A stretch of 64,000 nucleotides of DNA from Stegostoma tigrinum (lineage: Eukaryota). The notes under the pieces are model-generated. The model did not search any database and was not told the DNA's origin. It saw only the letters and a list, made by a program, of their open reading frames with translations. The stretch spans positions 31,850,792 to 31,914,791 of the forward strand of contig NC_081367.1 in NCBI RefSeq assembly GCF_030684315.1, in the 5' to 3' direction. Numbering within the stretch: position 1 is the first letter of the stretch; every line of letters begins with the position of its first letter. Of this stretch, positions 62,387-64,000 are shown piece by piece. A program made the position numbers and the translations under genes.

Positions 62387-64000
62387 CTAAAAATGTTTAT
62401 TTTGTTAAATAAATTATTGCAGTTTATGTAAATAATTATTTTTAATAGTATGATATACAAAATCAATGAACAACTACTGGACATGACAAACAGGATCTAT
62501 AAAAACACTGAGTGAACATATCCATTACAAATAACAACATACTTGTGCATACAAATTCCCACTTACTGACCAATCGTTCATTGGTAAATCAGCAATGGAG
62601 CTACAGTGCTGTGGCTTTATGTAAAAGTATTGTATAAGAATGCTATTTAGAAATACAATCAAGGTAGTGAACTCAATATTTAACTACTTAGCTCTTGCAC
62701 CTTTATGTGACACTGTTAAGACTTCTCTCGAGAAAACTGAGCTAATCTGGAGGTAATCAGACTTTTCTTGCTCTCACAACATTAGGCACATCCCCTCCCA
62801 TTTTCTTACTTCGGTCTCATGACTCTTTCAGAAATAACTGAACTATTTAAAGCAAAAATTGATTTGGCATCAATCACTACCTGCGAGAATACAGTCCTAT
62901 TTGTTTGAATCTTTGCTTGTATCAGGGCTTTCATCCTGTTAAACCTGCATTTCCCTTTTCCCAGAGTTATTATGTCCTACTTAAAAGACATTGGATTGCA
63001 TTTACCATTTGGAAATTGGGACATCCAGAGTTTCATTGCAAAATGTACAACTCAAAACTAATTTTCTTCAGAGTTTTAATCTGCTTATTCAAATTTAAAG
63101 ACTTATATATTTACATGCTGGATACATTTGTTTCCAAAACTGCATTGAAAAATTTCATGCATATTTCAGTTCTGCTTTAAATTGTGTCTGCATCTTGTCA
63201 GTTAACTCAATCTATTCATGTCTGTATCTTCTTTGCTTCATTCCAGCAGCTTTAATTACTCTCAGTTTAGTATTAACAGTAGATAATAATCTTAATCTCT
63301 TTGCATTTGGTTAGCACCATCTACATATTGTTTAATATTTTGTAGTTGTACTGTTCCTTACAATGAAAAGAGAATGATCGAACTGCCAAGATAAAAAGAG
63401 TCTTTTTAACCAAAGAGAAAGAATTGACATTTAGCCAATAGAGAAGAAAATTAGTTTAATATTTGTCGCATTGTTTACAAATAACTTTGATGCACACATA
63501 AGCTTTTACATTCAATTTTGTTTTTATTTTATCTTACCTGGATGACCATTGGTTTGAATTTGGGTCATATTTGTTTATTAGCACCAACATCCTATCATTA
63601 ATTCATAATGCAACACTTTTAATAACTCTGACTGTCACTATCTTATAAAACTATGTGAATGCATCACAGGATAATTGAACATCGTATTCCACCAATCTAC
63701 TTTTTCAGTTGACTACTTCTACCTACAACTCTTAGTGTCTATTAACGAATTCAAATAATTTGCTTGGAGTTAAATTCATTATGTGATAATTCCCCTTATC
63801 TGATCTTAAAGTCCATTAGGAATTGTATAAAACATGAATATGTCCAGCTGAAAATGGAGTGTCTCATTCAGACGTTTTCAAACTAGATATGGACATTTCC
63901 ACAATTTGTAGTTAATACAGTAACTATTCAAGTCTTCTACATAGAATAAAAGTGATTCATTATAGTATTTGATACATAAACGTTGAAATACTTTCTTCAC

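Noticed and set aside
63538-63600. Minus-strand donor site as the next upstream TRPV exon
   Set aside because: The translation does not resemble the expected S1/YRPL exon, which probably lies beyond the window.

Overview
AT-rich, repeat-dense vertebrate DNA. The HE1-like tRNA SINEs, HER1/CR1 LINEs and Penelope-like elements point to a shark or other elasmobranch (inference). Two convergent spliced protein-coding genes can be built by hand. On the + strand is an unnamed leucine-rich-repeat gene (exons 33853-33968, 36120-36262, 37258-37455, 45551-45662) with an LRRcap motif and a C-terminal CaaX box (CTIS*). On the - strand are the last 7 coding exons of a TRPV5/6-type calcium channel (62386 down to 53594). 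Most of the rest is transposon-derived: young and old CR1 LINEs, SINEs, a hAT-Charlie fossil and a TG..CA solo LTR. The most notable system is a recently active Penelope-like (GIY-YIG) retroelement family whose 3' region carries a minimal hammerhead-ribozyme motif (CUGAUGA-stem-GAAACGUC). It has left TSD-flanked products of many sizes: a 915-bp near-perfect palindrome, a 200-bp hairpin whose loop is the hammerhead core, a nested self-insertion, an 89-bp fragment and an apparent 11-nt insertion. A 247-bp locally templated insertion flanked by a 24-bp duplication was also found. Coordinates were read by eye; edges of decayed repeats are approximate.
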